Notes under the pieces: model-generated
Databases searched by the model: none
Seen by the model: only the letters and a program-made list of their open reading frames with translations
Told to the model about the DNA's origin: nothing
Position numbers and translations under genes: made by a program
DNA from: an uncultured Actinomycetes bacterium
GTDB lineage: Bacteria; Actinomycetota; Thermoleophilia; UBA2241
DNA: 64,000 nucleotides
Assembly (NCBI GenBank): GCA_963725665.1
Contig: CAVRZA010000011.1
Coordinates: 1 to 64,000 of the forward strand
Direction of reading: 5' to 3'
Part shown: positions 28,301 to 41,264 of the stretch, piece by piece
How the letters are laid out: every line of letters starts with the position of its first letter
Numbering within the stretch: position 1 is the first letter of the stretch

Positions 28301-30937
28301 GTCCACGTTCCCGACATCGAACCGCGTCGGGTCGGTGATCCAGGTGATGGGCTGGTTCGGAACGACGACCGGGGCCGGGAGGAACCCGCCCTCGGTGCCG
28401 ATCTGGATGAACTTCGGTCCCTCCGGACTCAGGTTCGTGTCCGGCGTCGGGAACACGTTCGGGTCCTGCTGAGCGGCGGCAACTTCGCTCGCCTTCAGCG
28501 CGACCTCGGTCCCCGTGGAATCGGCCACGTACCACTGCAGGTTCCAGAAGCGGTCGTTGGCCGCGTTCAGGATGCGGAAGCGGACCGGAACCGGGTCGAC
28601 TTGCGTCGTCGGGTACGCCTGCCCGTTCACGACCGGCGTGTCGTTGAACTGCTCCATCCCCACCGAGATGTTCGGTGTGCCGGGGATCAACTGCGGCTCG
28701 CAGAAGGCGGCCGTGTTCGGGTCGCAGTTCGGGTCGTAGTACGGGTTGTCGATGGGACCGTTCGCCGGTGATGCCGGCGGCCAGAACCACGGCCCGTACA
28801 TCCACCGACCGAACGCGCTCATGCCCGACGGGTCGCCGGGGTTCTGAGCAGGCATGTACACGTGGTGGTTCCAGAGGTTGCCCTCACCGCCCCACCGCGC
28901 GTAGTCCCAGGTCGGATCCTGCTGAGCCATCTGCGCCGGGCTCGGGACGAACGTCTTGTCCTGGATGACGAGCGGCGTGCCGTAGCCGAGACCCGCGAGG
29001 GCCCCGTTCAGCAGCTTCGTCTCCGTCGCGTCCGTGAGAAGGTACCCAGCAGCCTCGCCCGCGTACACGTTGAGCCGCGTGATCCCCCATGCGTGGTCGT
29101 GGTAGAACATCAGCCGGGCGGACTGCTCGTTCGTGTAGTAGAACGTCTGGCAGCCATCGTCCTTCGCGTTGCAGACGTTCATGTCCGGCACGTTCTGCAC
29201 GCTCACACCCTGGGGGTAGCCCGTCTGCTCGCTCGCGGGTGTGATCCATTGGTGCGGCGTCCCATCCGAGATCCACGGCGTGATGCCGCCGTGCAGGTGG
29301 AGCGTCGCGCGGTTCTGGGTGAAGCAGTCGTTCGGCATCCCCGGCATGAACCCCTCGGTACACATCGGGTTGCGGACCCCGTCCATCACGGTGCCGTCGT
29401 TCGTCGGGGCTGCCGCCGTCGAGTTCGGGCCCATGCCCGAGCCCATGATGGTCGAGTCCACCGGCAGGAACAGGTCGCCGTCACTCTGGGTCGGGAGCAG
29501 GTTGTGGAACACGATCCGGGTCGCCGTGTCCTTGACGGCCACGATGGTCGGCCCGAGGTACTGCGGATTCGTGACTCCGACAGCCTGCACGCCGTTGATG
29601 AGCGCCGGGACCTGGATGTACTGCCCCGGGACGTTCGGGTCCTTCACCGTGTTCGTCAGCGGGAACCCCGCCCCTCCAACCCCACGAGCCAAGAGGCCCG
29701 GAGTCTGGATCTGGACGTAGCCACGAACGAGCGTCGGAGGCAGGTCCGACGAGAACTTCATCTGGTACTGGACCAGCGCGATCTCGTAGGTGTCATTGCC
29801 TGGGAACGTTTTCGTTCCGTCCGTCCAATCGGGATCTGCGACCGCGAGCGGGATCTCCTTGCTCCCGTCGTTCTTACACGCGGGCGCGAGCGCACGCACC
29901 GTGTCCGGGTCGCACAACCCCGGCAGCGGATCCTGGAACTTCTTGATGCCGCCCGCCGTGACGTAGCCCGCGCCTCCAACGAGGTTCGTGAAACCGGTGA
30001 CCTCGCCGATGGCAGCCTTCGCCGACGCCAACGCGCCGGTTCCGGGGCCACCGCTCTTGTCGGTGATCAGGACGACCGGGTCCGCCACGTAGCCCCCGCC
30101 GAAGGTGTCGAGCGACACCGACTGCACGAAGAGCGACGACGTGACGACCGCCCCCGAACCACCGGGCCGGATGGGATCGAACTGCGTCCCGTCCAGGATG
30201 GCGACACCCGGAGCGTTCGTGTAGCCAGAGCCCGGCGTGTCGAGCACGATGCCCGTGATGGTCACCTCGCCGGGTGAACCATCCACCGGGTTCGGAGTCC
30301 CGATGCAACCGGTCTCGACGCACGTGACGTGCGCCGAGGGCACCGTGCCGTTCGGGTCATCCGGCAGGTCGAACGCGACCGTCGGGATGTGGTACTTGGC
30401 CGTAATCCCGGTTGTGTCGATAGCGAGGTTGTCCACGCCACCGAACACGGTTCCCGTCGCGTCCGTCGTTCCACCGGAGAACGCGACGACCGGGTGTAGG
30501 TAGCCCGACCCCCCAGCATCCACGCTCACCGGAGCTGCGACGGCTCCTGAGGTCGTGATGACCGGAGTGGCCGACGCGCCGCTTCCTGCCGTCGAATTGA
30601 AGGTGAACGTCGCGGTCGCATACCCGCTACCCGGATTCGTGATGGTCACGCCCGTGATGGCGCCGTTTGCTCCGACCGTCGCCGTTGCCTTTGCACCCGT
30701 CCCGTCCCCGCCGACATCAACCGTGACGGCGGGCAAGGTGAGCGGGCTATTCGCCCAGTTCGGATACGGCCCGAAGTAGTGAGGTACTTTCGATTCGTCG
30801 GTCGGCGAGCCGGGCATGGCAAAGCCCTGGCCCACCGTCAACAGTAACAAAGTCGTCACCAAGGCTACCGCCACAAAGCCCAGGACGCTGAGCTTCGCCA
30901 ACGACATCCGTCTGATTGCTCTTACGCTAGAACTCAT
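25395..30937 (-). CDS. Giant secreted multicopper oxidase with C-terminal fibronectin type III repeats (OmpB/MofA-like), about 1850 aa; frameshifts near 26990 and 26640
   Basis: Signal peptide; ATLHLHGG, MFYHDH, THPIHWH, YHCHILSHEEMDMM Cu motifs; six FN3-like W.DNA.NETGF repeats across ORFs 26489-30937, 26167-26994 and 25395-26528. Confidence 0.88.
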
Positions 30938-31489
30938 GAGACCCCTCTTTCGACCTCTAGCTCGCTTCAGTCACATAGCCATTGCTGGCGTGGCGCGTGA
31001 TGTGGCTCTTGACCCGCCGTCCCCGTCGCACGGTCCCCGAGACCGGCGCGGCGACAAGCCAAGCTCATCCGCAGATCCGGCTGCGGTCTACGAGCTGTCC
31101 TGCTAGAGCATCCACGACCCCCTTTGCCTCCCAGACGCGAAGCCAGCGGAGTTCCCCGGCCGCGCTCCAATCCGGGCGACTGATTGCGGACGACTGATGG
31201 TAGTACGCACGACAGGACTTAGCACTACAGACACAGTGTTATCCGTTGCCGGCTCTGGATTCGATGTGAGGCTAACTGGCGGCGGTCGAAGATCCGGCCT
31301 CATCTGTCTGCACTCGCCGGCAAAGGCGGAAGCCCTCGCTGCTGGCCGGCTCAGCGACCGGCCTTTGGGGTGCGAGGAGGAGAACGGCCGCCCCAGGAAG
31401 GCAGACTTACGAGGGTCACCGTAGTCCATAGGGTCACTGTCGGCGCCGTTACGCTGTGCCCCAAGCGGTATGTGTTGTCAGGGAGGACG

Positions 31490-31785
31490 TGATGCGCCTG
31501 CTACGGGCGGGTCTTCGGTGACACGATTCTCCACTACGGGTGGGGATCGGCCTGCTCACCGGGTCTGGGGTGACGCTCGTGCCTTCCTAGAAGGTGCCGG
31601 CCCTCGCCGGGGCTTTGGCCGTGATCCCTCTGTTCCTGCTTCAGGCTCCAATCCCGATAGCGTTCTGTTCCCACTACGTCGCCGCCGAGGCCATCGTGCT
31701 CTCCATGCGGGTGGTGAGCTTCCCGCTGACGCCGTCCGGGCAGAAGGGGAAGGCTGCCGCAGCCACCGCGACGCTGATGGGATGA
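31490..31785 (+). pseudogene. Decayed duplicate of the VKOR 3' half
   Basis: GIGLLTGSGVTLVPS*KVPALAGALAVIPLFLLQA..FCSHYVAAEAIVLSM.VVSF aligns with VKOR AIGLLTRSSVTLVRAYKVLAYAAALAVIPLFLIQA..FCSYCVATEAIMLSM; internal TAG, CxxC lost. Confidence 0.8.
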
Positions 31786-31850
31786 GGCACATGTGAACGC
31801 ACCCGCCACTGCCACACCCCCGCCGCACCGAAGGGTCCGTGGCCTCAACG

Positions 31851-31887
31851 ACGAGGGCCCGGGCGCTTTTCGCGCCCGGGCCCTCGT
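31851..31887. terminator. Terminator hairpin between the VKOR relic and MCO-2
   Basis: ACGAGGGCCCGGGCGC-ttttc-GCGCCCGGGCCCTCGT, 16-bp stem. Confidence 0.75.
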
Positions 31888-32015
31888 TTGCTGCTATCTG
31901 TCTAGGTCTTCAACTCCTGCCCTCTGCCTCCTTTCGTGAAGCCGGGGAGAAACTCTCCGGCGCCGGCCGAGGCCGGCGCCGGGGCTCGATTGATGCAGCA
32001 GCTACTGACTTACGG

Positions 32016-35000
32016 CTACGGCAACGTCCTGCCAGAAACCACGGGGGTCCAGGCGCTGTTGCCCGCGGCGGTGACTGTCCGGACGCGGTAGTAGCGAGTG
32101 GTGTTGACGGGCAACCCCGTGTTCGTGAACGTGGTTGGGCTGATGTTGTTGGCGACGGTGGTCCACCCACCGGCGCCGGTGTTGCTCCTCTGGACGTCGA
32201 ACATGATCGGCCCGGGTGCGCCGTTCGATGTGTAAGTCCAGGAGATGACGAGGGAGGTCCTGCCAGCCGGTGCCGCCGGAGGCGTGACCGTCAGGCCGGT
32301 CGGAACCGCTCCGATCGCCGGTGGTGTCGTGGCCGAGGCCGTGTTCGACCAGGCCGAGGGGCCGCTCGCGTTGAACGCCCGCACCCGGTAGTAGTAGGTG
32401 GTATTGGCCGCGCGGCCGGTGTTGTTGTACGAGGTCTGGTTGGCCCCGTTCAACGTGATGGTGGAGGTCCCGGTGAAGTTCGGGTTCGTTGCTCGCTGGA
32501 TCGTGAACCCGGTCTCGTTGTTGGCGTTGTCGGTCCAGGCCAGGTTGATCTGGTTAGGACTGACCGCCGTGGCGATGAGGCTCGATGGAGCAGCCGGCGA
32601 GCCCGCGACGGCGGTGAAGGCCGAGGCGATGTTCGACCACGCCGAGAAGCCGTTCGCATTGAAGGCCCTGACGCGGTAGTAGTAGGTGGTGCTGGGCGCG
32701 CGGCCGGTGTTGTTGTACGAGGTCCGGTTGGCCCCGTTCAACGTGATGGTGGTCAGGGACCCCCCGGTGAAGGCCGAGTTCGTGGCCCGCTGGATCGTGA
32801 ACCCGGTCTCGTTGGTGGCGTTGTCCGTCCAGGTCAGGTTGATCTGCGTCGAGCTGACCGCCGTGGCGACCAGGCTCGATGGGGCAAGCGGTATCGGGTC
32901 GACGACCTGGGTGAGCACGGCGCTCGTGCTGCCGGCGAAGCTCGCGTCGCCGCTGTAGACCGCGGTGATCGCATGGCTGCCGGGGCCGAGGAGGGCGGTG
33001 GAGAATGTGGCGCTCGTGCCGGCGAGCGGGATCGCGAGTATCGCGGTCGCGCCGTCGAAGAACTGGACCGAGCCGGACGGGCTGCCGACCCCGGACAGGA
33101 CCGCCACGGTCGCGGTGAACGTGACCGACGTCCCGAAGGGTGACGGGTTCAGGCTGCTCGCGAGATCGTCGAGGTGGCGCCCTGGTTCGACGACCTGGTC
33201 GAGCGGCGCACTCGTGCTGGCGAGGAAGTTCGGATCACCGCTGTACGTCGCTGTGACCGGGTGCGTGCCGACCGTCAAGCTGGAGGTGGTGTAGGTCGCG
33301 ACGCCACCGCTGAGCGTGCCGGTGCCGAGGCTCGTGGCGCCGTCGAAGAACTCGACCGTGCCGGTGGCGGCAGCCGGGCTGACCGTGGCGGTGAAGGTGA
33401 CGCTGTCGCCGAAGATCGACGGATTCAGGCTGCTCGCGAGGTTCGTCGTGGTGGCCGCCTTGTTCACGACCTGGTCGTATGGCGGCGCACTCGTGCTGCC
33501 CAGGTAGACGGCATCACCGCCGTACACTGCGGTGATCGGGTGCGTGCCGGCCGGCAAGCGCGGTCGTGGCGAAGGTCGCGACGCCACCGCTGAGCGTGCC
33601 GGTGCCGAGGCTCGTGGCGCCGTCGAAGAACTCGACCGTGCCGGTGGCGGCGGCCGGGCTGACCGTGGCGGTGAAGGTCACGTTCTGTCGCCGACGAGTC
33701 GACGGATTGATGTCTGCTCGTCACGGTCGTCGTGGTGGCCGCCTTGTTCACGACCTGGTCTAGCGCCGCACTCGTGCTGGCCAGGTAGGCGGCATCACCG
33801 CCGTACACGGCTGTGATCGGGTGCGTGCCGACCGGCAAGCGCGGACGTGGCGAAGGTCGCGACGCCGCCGCTGAGCGTGCCGGTGCCGAGGCTCGTGGCG
33901 CCGTCGAGGAACTCGACCGTGCCGGTGGCGGCGGCCGGGCTGACCGTGGCGGTGAAGGTGACGTCTGTCGCCGACGAGTCGACGGGATTGAGACTGCTCG
34001 TCACGAGTCGTCGTGGTGGGTCCGCCAGCTGGACCAGGATCACGTTCGAAGGTCGAATCACCCGCGGCGTTCCAGGCGATGACCCGGTAGTTGTAGGTCG
34101 GATGGTCGGATCGGGCGGAATGTCGGTGTAGGTGGTGACGTTCGCCAGGGCCGTCGCGATCTGCGTGTAGTCCGGGACCCACCCGTTGACCTCGGCTCGC
34201 TCGATGCGGAAGCCGATCTCGTTCTTGGGGTTGCCCCAGGTGGTCGGGTTGAGGTAGTCGACGGGCGTGCCGTCGGTCCAGTTGAGGATGACGCTGCCCC
34301 GGGTGAACGTGAGGACAGGTGCGTCGGGGACAGCGCTGGCCACGTAGACCGTCACCGGCCGCATCATGTCCATCTCTTCATGGCTCAGGATGTGGCAGTG
34401 GAAGACGTACTCCCAGCCGAAGTTGACGACCTCGTTGACGATCGGCGCGATCGGGTTGCCGTGCGCGTCGGTGTTGTTGAACCCGGCTTCCGTCCCGTTC
34501 GGGCCGTTCTGCGATCCCCTCGCGCCGATGGGCATCATCGGGTTGAGCGGACGCTCGCTGTCGGGGACGCCGAACGGGAGCGCCGGCACGATCGGCCGCA
34601 CGGCCACGATGGTGTCCTCGAGCGGGCTGACCCGGACGGTGTCCTTCCAGCCCAGCTCGGTCGGTTCGGGCGGGATGATGATGTTGTCCCAGGTGACCCG
34701 GTTGATCACCTGCACGTCGTACAGGTGGAAGTGGATCGGGTGCGTGTCCACCCCGTTGTGGGTGATCTTCCAGATCTGGGTCCCGTCGTCGGCCGAGGAG
34801 ATCGGGGTCACGTCCAGGCTGCTCGGCAGCCCGCTCGAGTCCAGGACCTCGGTCGCCGGGTTCACGTACGGGTACAGGATGATGTTCTGGAGGAGCGGCG
34901 TGGCGCCCGGCGCTTCGAGGCCCAGGTTGGCGGTCATCCGCCCCCATTCGTCGAAGTTGGCCGAGTTCATCTCGTCGTGGATGCCCTTCGGCTGGAAGGG

Positions 35001-38000
35001 GATCTGCAGCTGCGGGCCAGTGCCGTCCTTGGCGGGGCCCAGGGTGTTGAACTTGAACAGGTCGGTCGGCTGCGAGCCTTCCTGCGATCCGGGCGTACCC
35101 GTCGCACTTGGCGCTCGGATTGGTGGGGCTGTTGCACCAGCCGCTGCCCACGAAGTTGGTGCCGTAGGCCGAGTTGTAGGCGGCCTGGCCGACGATGATC
35201 GGGTCCACCGAGGACTCGAACACGCCGGACCCGTCGGCCTGGTGGGCGAAGGCCGCCACGAGCGCGCCCATGCGGTCGGCGGTGGTGTTCGGCCGGTCGA
35301 AGGCGACCGCCGGCGCCGCGTTCGACACCTTGACCTGCATGATGGTGCGGGTGTTGGGGCCATAGCCCGGCAGGGTGGTCGGGGCGCCGGACGGGCGTCA
35401 GGTCCGGGCCGCCGGTGTAGTAGTCGTAGCCGGGCACGCGCGCCGGGAACGCCGCGGGCGCATCGTTGTAGAGGATCAGCGTCTTGCCCCGGAACTGCGA
35501 GAAGTCGACGATCACGTCGGCGCGCTCGGCCGGCGCCAGCAGCAGCGAGTGCTGGTCGACGTTGCCCACGTCGAAGCGGGTCGGGTCGGTGATCCAGGTG
35601 GTCGGCTGGGCCGGGACGACGACCGGAGCGGGCAGGAACCCGCCCTCGGTGCCGATCTGGATCCAGTTCGGGCCCGCCGGGCTCCAGGTCGTGTCCGGCG
35701 TCGGGAAGACGACCGGGTCGGTCTGGGCGGCCGCGACCTCGGCGGGGTTCAGGGCGACCTCGCTGAGGGTCCCCGTCCTCGGGTCGGCCACGTACCACGA
35801 CAGGTTCCAGAAGCGGTCGTTCGCCGCGTTGAGGATGCGGAAGCGGTAGGCCTTCGGGTCGACCGTGGTCGTGGGGTAGGCCGTGCCGTTGACGATGGGC
35901 GTGTCGTTGAACGCTTCCATGCCCACCGAGACGTTCGGCGTCGACGGGATCAACGCCGGCTCGCAGAACGGCTGGACACGTTCGGGTCACAGGTCGGGTC
36001 GTAGTACGGGTTGGCGATCGGCGGGTACTTGGCGTCCTTGGCGGGCGGCCAGAACCACGGGCCGTACATCCAGCGTCCGAAGGCGCTCATGCCCGAGGGG
36101 TCGCCCGGGTTCTGGGCCGGCATGTAGACGTGCGGCGCCCAGAGGTTGCCCTCGCCGCCCCAGCGGTCGTACTGCCAGGTCGGGTCGACCTTGGCCATCT
36201 TCGCCGCGCTCGGCACGAAGGTCTTGTCCTGGATGACGAGCGGGGTGCCGACGCCCAGGCCCGCCAGGGCGCCTCCCGGGGCGATCAGGCTCTGCTCCAT
36301 CGCATCGGTGAGCAGGTAGCCGGCGGCCTCGCCGGCGTACACGTTCAGGCGGGTGATGCCCCAGGCATGGTCGTGGTAGAACATCAGCCGCGCGCTCTGC
36401 TGGTTGGTGTAGAAGAAGGTCAGCGCCCCGGGGCCCGGATCGGGCATGTCGGGAACGTTGCTCACGCTGACGCCCTCGGGATACGCGGTGTCCTCGCCAG
36501 CCGGCGTGATCCACTGGTGCGGCGTGCCGTCGCTGATCCAGGGGGTGATGCCGCCGTGCAGGTGCAGGGTGGCGCGGTTCTCGGCGAAGCAGCCCGTGGG
36601 CTTCGGGCCGGGCTCACCGCACATGGGGTTGCGCACCCCGTCCATGACGGTGCCCTGATCCGGCGCCATGTCCATCGGCACGCCGTTCGCGTCGAGCGTG
36701 CATCATGTCCGGGCCCGCGCCCGAGCCCATCATCGAGGTGTCGACCGGCAGGAACAGGTTGCCGCCGACGCCCGGTCGGCAGCAGGTTGCGGAACAGGAT
36801 GCGCACCGGCCTGTCCTTGGTGGCGACGATGGTCGGCCCCAGGTAGTGGGGGTTGTCGACGCCCGTGTAGCCCGGCGATCGGGGTAGCCGGGTAGGGTCG
36901 GATCGAGGTTCGCGTTGCTCAGCGGCACCTGGTTCCCAGGCACGACGCTCGTCGAGAGCTGCACGTAGCCGCGCAGCAGCGTGGCCGGCAGGTCCCGAGT
37001 GGAACTTCATGCGGTACTGGACGACCGCGATCTCGTAGTAGTCCGAGCCGGGGTAGGTGGTGGTGTCGGGGACGGCGACCGGGATGTACTGGCCGAGGTT
37101 GTTCGCGCCGGTCGGCCCGAGGCCGGGCAGCGTGTCGACGAACTTCTTGAGGCCGGGCGTGAGGTAGCCGGCGCCGGGGTTCGTGACGGTGATGGCGGTG
37201 ACGGCGCCCTTGACCGCGACCGTTGCCGTGGCGGTGGCGGGCACGGTTGCGGTCCCACCCAGGTCGGTGATGTCCACCGTCGGCGCGGAGTCGTAGCCCT
37301 GGCCGCCGGAGGTCACGTCGATCTGGCCGATGCCGATGGTCGCGTACAGCGGTGGCCGGCGTCGGCGCCGCCTGGTTGAGGGCCCCGTCCCAGGATCGTG
37401 ACCGTCGGCGCGGACGTGTACCCGGAGCCCGGGTTCACCACGGTCGACTCCGGTGACGACGCCGTTGGCGTCCATCGTCGCCGTGCCCGGTCGCCTGCAC
37501 GCCGCCGGGCAGGTTCGGGAGCGAGAACTCGACGATCGGCTGGATGGCGTAGCCGCTGCCGCCGTCGATCAGGGTGACGTTATCGACGCCACCGCTCGCC
37601 ACGGCTGTGGCCTGCGGACCGGTGGGGTTGCCGCCCGTGAGGGTGACGGCTGGGAGTGGTGAAGCCGAAGCCAGACTCGTTCACGGCGATGCTGTTGACG
37701 ACGCCGGTCGAGATCTGGGCCGTCGCGCTGGCCAGCGCCGTGGGGGTCACCCCCGGAGACGGTGATCGAGACGGTCGGGGGGAGAACGTAGCCGGCGCCC
37801 GGGCTGGTGACGGTGATGGCTGAGATGCCGCCCGTCTTCGGGTCGACCGTGGCCGTCGCCTGCGCGCCCGTCCCGGGATCCGCGACGGTGGGGGTGACGG
37901 TGGCCGCGATGGAGTACGTGCGGTCCTGCGTCGCGTAGATCGGGAAACCCGGGTCGCGCCGAGGCGTGATCGTGGCTGCCTTGGGCAGGCGCCAGCGGGC

Positions 38001-38692
38001 GTCGCCAGGGTCGGATCCGCGGTCGCCGGATAGCTGAAGGTATCCGGGTTCGCCGCTACACCGGTGTCGACGGGAATGCCTTCGCCGTAGAAGCCGATCA
38101 CGTCACCGGCCTGGACAGCGACGCCCGGCGTTACCGGGAATGTCGCCATGTTCAGATACGGCCGGATCGGCCAGTGCCGGAACGGTGAGCTCTCCACTGT
38201 CATAGACAACCTTGTATTGGTTGGCAGTACCGGTGGGGCGCAGCACGTAGGCATGGAACAGGTTGCCTGCGGACGGCGTGGGGCTGCTGCCCGGCGTTGC
38301 CTGGTTCCAGGTCTGGAAATTGTTGAGCGTGCCGGCAGGCAGCGGGGCGTTGGCAAGGACGACGAACACGGGGCCGAGTGTGCCCGGCGCCGTCGCGTAG
38401 TCGGTGGCATAGGCGCGCCCGACCAGCGGATTCCCGAAGGATACCGGCGTCGGGGTCCCCAGGCCGATCGTGACGATCGCGTCGGCGAGCACCTGCGGGC
38501 TGTTGGCCCAGTTCGGGTACGGCCCGAAGTAGTGCGGAACCTTCGACTCGTCCGTCGGCCCGAGCCGGGCGCGGCAAAGCCCTGGCCGACCGTCAACAGT
38601 AACAAGGTCGTCACCAAGGCTACCGCCACAAAGCCCAGGACGCTGAGCTTCGCCAACGACATCCGTCTGATTGCTCTTACGCTGGAACTCAT
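32016..38692 (-). CDS. Second giant secreted multicopper oxidase (about 2200 aa) with four bacterial Ig-like (Big_3-type) and FN3 repeats; heavily frameshifted in this assembly
   Basis: Same signal peptide as MCO-1; ATLHLHGG, MFYHDH, THPIHFH, FHCHILSHEEMDMM found across successive ORF fragments; C-terminal FN3 repeats in ORF 32016-33587. Confidence 0.8.
32905..34020 (-). repeat. Four tandem Ig-like domain repeats of about 280 bp within MCO-2 (three nearly identical)
   Basis: Repeated ctgagcgtgccggtgccgaggctcgtggcgccgtcga.gaactcgaccgtgccggtggcggc.gccgggctgaccgtggcggtgaagg block near 33310, 33590 and 33870. Confidence 0.85.
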
Positions 38693-39174
38693 GAGACCCC
38701 CTTCCGCAACTCCTGCAAAACACTCATGGACCTATCTGAACCCGTCAAAGCCCGCACGTCTTAAGCGTCACCCCCTGTGAGCCGCACCACGAACGTGGCA
38801 TGCCGCCGGTCTGGCGGGTATGACGCGCACCAGCGCAGCTCACCGGCCATCATCTCCGCTGCAGCGGCGGCCGAATACGGCCGTTCTACCTGACTTCCCC
38901 TGGACGAAAGGCATAGCCGACAGCGCGAGGACGCCGTGACGTCACGTCGCAGCCTCACCTGGGACGTAGGCCCTTTTGCAGCCATTTCTTGAGATCTCAG
39001 CTCCCCAGGAAGGGCTGCCGCAACCGACGCGTTGTCAGAACCGGCGACGGTGATTGGACGAACCCCGACCGCACGCGCGAAGCCTAGACCCCCGTTCTCG
39101 GGCGCATATCGAGGCCCGTTTCGTGTAGCCCGGTAGTACAATGCTTCAAAGCACCGGAATCTTGTGGGGGGGAC

Positions 39175-41264
39175 GTGAATCTCCTGGTCGTCTCGATGGG
39201 AGTCGCCGCCGGCGTCGGTATCGACGCTGCTCTGACCAACGGGCTGGCCGGCCTCTCGCACCGACCGCGTGACGGAGCCCGCCTCGCCTTCGCCGCCGCT
39301 GCCATCGCGGCCGCGGTGGGAGCCCTCTCAGCGGCTGCGCTCTATTCCGTCGACGACCCGTCCACGCACGTCGCCATCATGAAATGGCTGCTCTTCCCCG
39401 CGAGCGTTGCGTGGACCGCCGCGGCCGTCTGGCTGGTCGCCTTCTACACCGGGGTGCGACCGCTGCGGTTTCTCCTGGCGCTGACGGCGGGCTTCTGCCT
39501 GGTCGTCGCGATCAACCTCTGGCTTCCTCTGGGTCTCTACCACTCGAGACCGGTCGAGCTGCGGTCGACCGCGATGTTTGGATCCCATGTCATGCTCATG
39601 GCACAACCTTCGCCACACTGGGCAAACGTGATCACCAGCGCCCTCACGGCCATCGCGTTCGTCTTCCTCTACTACGCCCTCTTCAAGATCCTTGCCAGGG
39701 GGGAGCGCCGCAAGGCCGCCTACCTTGCGCTGGGCGTCGGGCTCTTCTCGCTCACCATGCTTCTGGACACCCTTGCCGACTACGGCCTCATCGTGAGCCT
39801 CTACCTCACGCAGCTCTGCTTCGCTGCCGTCGTTCTCATCATGAGCGTCGCTCTCCGCCACGAGGCGCTGCAGGCTGAGGCCGAGCTCCAGGGCTACCGC
39901 ACCCAGCTCGAATCGCTCGTCGACGCGCGCGTACGCGACCTCGACAAGGCCACAGATTTGCTTGAAGTGGAGATCCAGATCAGGACCGCGGCGGAGGAGT
40001 CGCTGCGCCAGCGTCTCACGGAGCTCGACGCGTTGCAGAACATCTCGCAGAGACTCGCCGACCGCACCGATCTGGACACCGCGCTCCACGCGGCGTCCAG
40101 CGAGATCAAGATGCTCTTCGAGGCCTGCCACGCGCGTGTCTACCTTCTCGACGAAGGCCCCGCCGCGCCGGCCGACACGTCCGCCGCAGACGGGGGCTCG
40201 GCGATCACGGCGGCGGGGTCGGCGGACGAGACTCGCCTGCTGAAGCAAGCCATTGATGGCCGCGAGCCGCTGGCCGTCGAGGATCCCGCCTCGGCCCTGC
40301 TGCCGCCCGGTATCGCCGAACCGTTGGTGACCCTGGGGGTACGTCACTTGCTGCTCGTCCCCATGGTGGCCCGCAGCGAGGTCGTCGGCGTTCTCGCCAT
40401 CGCCCGTGACGAACGCGGCTCTGCTTTCTCATCCCGAGAAGCCACCCTCGCGCGGACCGTCGCCGACACGCTGGCGGCTGCGGTGCGAGACTGAGCACCT
40501 GCATCAGCGCGAGACGAGGCAGGCCGCCGAGGACGAGCGGCAGCGGCTCGCACGCGACCTTCACGACGCGGTCACGCAGAGCATCTACTCGGCGAGCCTG
40601 ATAGCCGAGGCCTTGCCGGCCGTCTGGGAACGAGAGCCCGACGAGGGGCGGTACAACCTCGTGCGGCTCCGTCGCCTCGTGCGCGCCGCGCTTGCGGAGA
40701 TGCGCACGCTGCTCTTCGAGCTCCGACCGGGAGCGCTCGAAGCGGCGCCGCTGGACACGCTGCTCGAGCGGCTCGGTGACGCGCTCAGCGGACAGGCGCA
40801 GATCCCGGTCGACGTGAGCGTCGCGGATAAGGACAGCCTGCCGTCCGATGTGAAGATCACCTTCTACCGGGTGGCGCAGGAAGCCTTCAGCAACATCGCC
40901 AAGCACGCGCGCGCCTCGCAAGTGAGGGCTTCGCTGACCGACGACGAGCAGCAGGTCACACTGACCGTCGAAGACGACGGGCGCGGCTTCGACCCGGAGG
41001 CGATCGAGCCCGAACGCATGGGGCTGCGCATCATGCGCGAGCGGCTCGATCGCATCGGCGCCTCGCTAGAGGTCAGCAGTGCAGCCGGACGCGGGTACCC
41101 GCCTCGTGGCGGTATGGCCGCGTCCCGCCGCTGGAGAACCACCTGAGGACGGGCAGCCTGGGGATGCCCGGCCTCGCGGCGAACAGCCTGAGGACGCACG
41201 ACCTACGGATGGAGAGGGGAGACGTGAGCTATCGGGCTCGCATTCGAGTGCTCATAGCCGATGA
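39175..41264 (+). CDS. Membrane sensor histidine kinase (about 7 TM, GAF, HisKA_3, HATPase); frameshifts near 40490 and 41095
   Basis: ERQRLARDLHDAVTQSIYS H-box, QEAFSNIAKHA, EDDGRGFD, MGLRIMRER; GAF LLVPMVARSEVVGVL. Confidence 0.85.

Noticed and set aside
30940-31480. c-di-GMP/cGAMP (GEMM) riboswitch upstream of MCO-1
   Set aside because: One GGCAAA on the minus strand but no GAAA tetraloop or second stem pattern
32016-38692. Programmed frameshifting or DGR-type diversification of MCO-2
   Set aside because: No consistent slippery sites, no reverse transcriptase, no adenine-specific repeat pair
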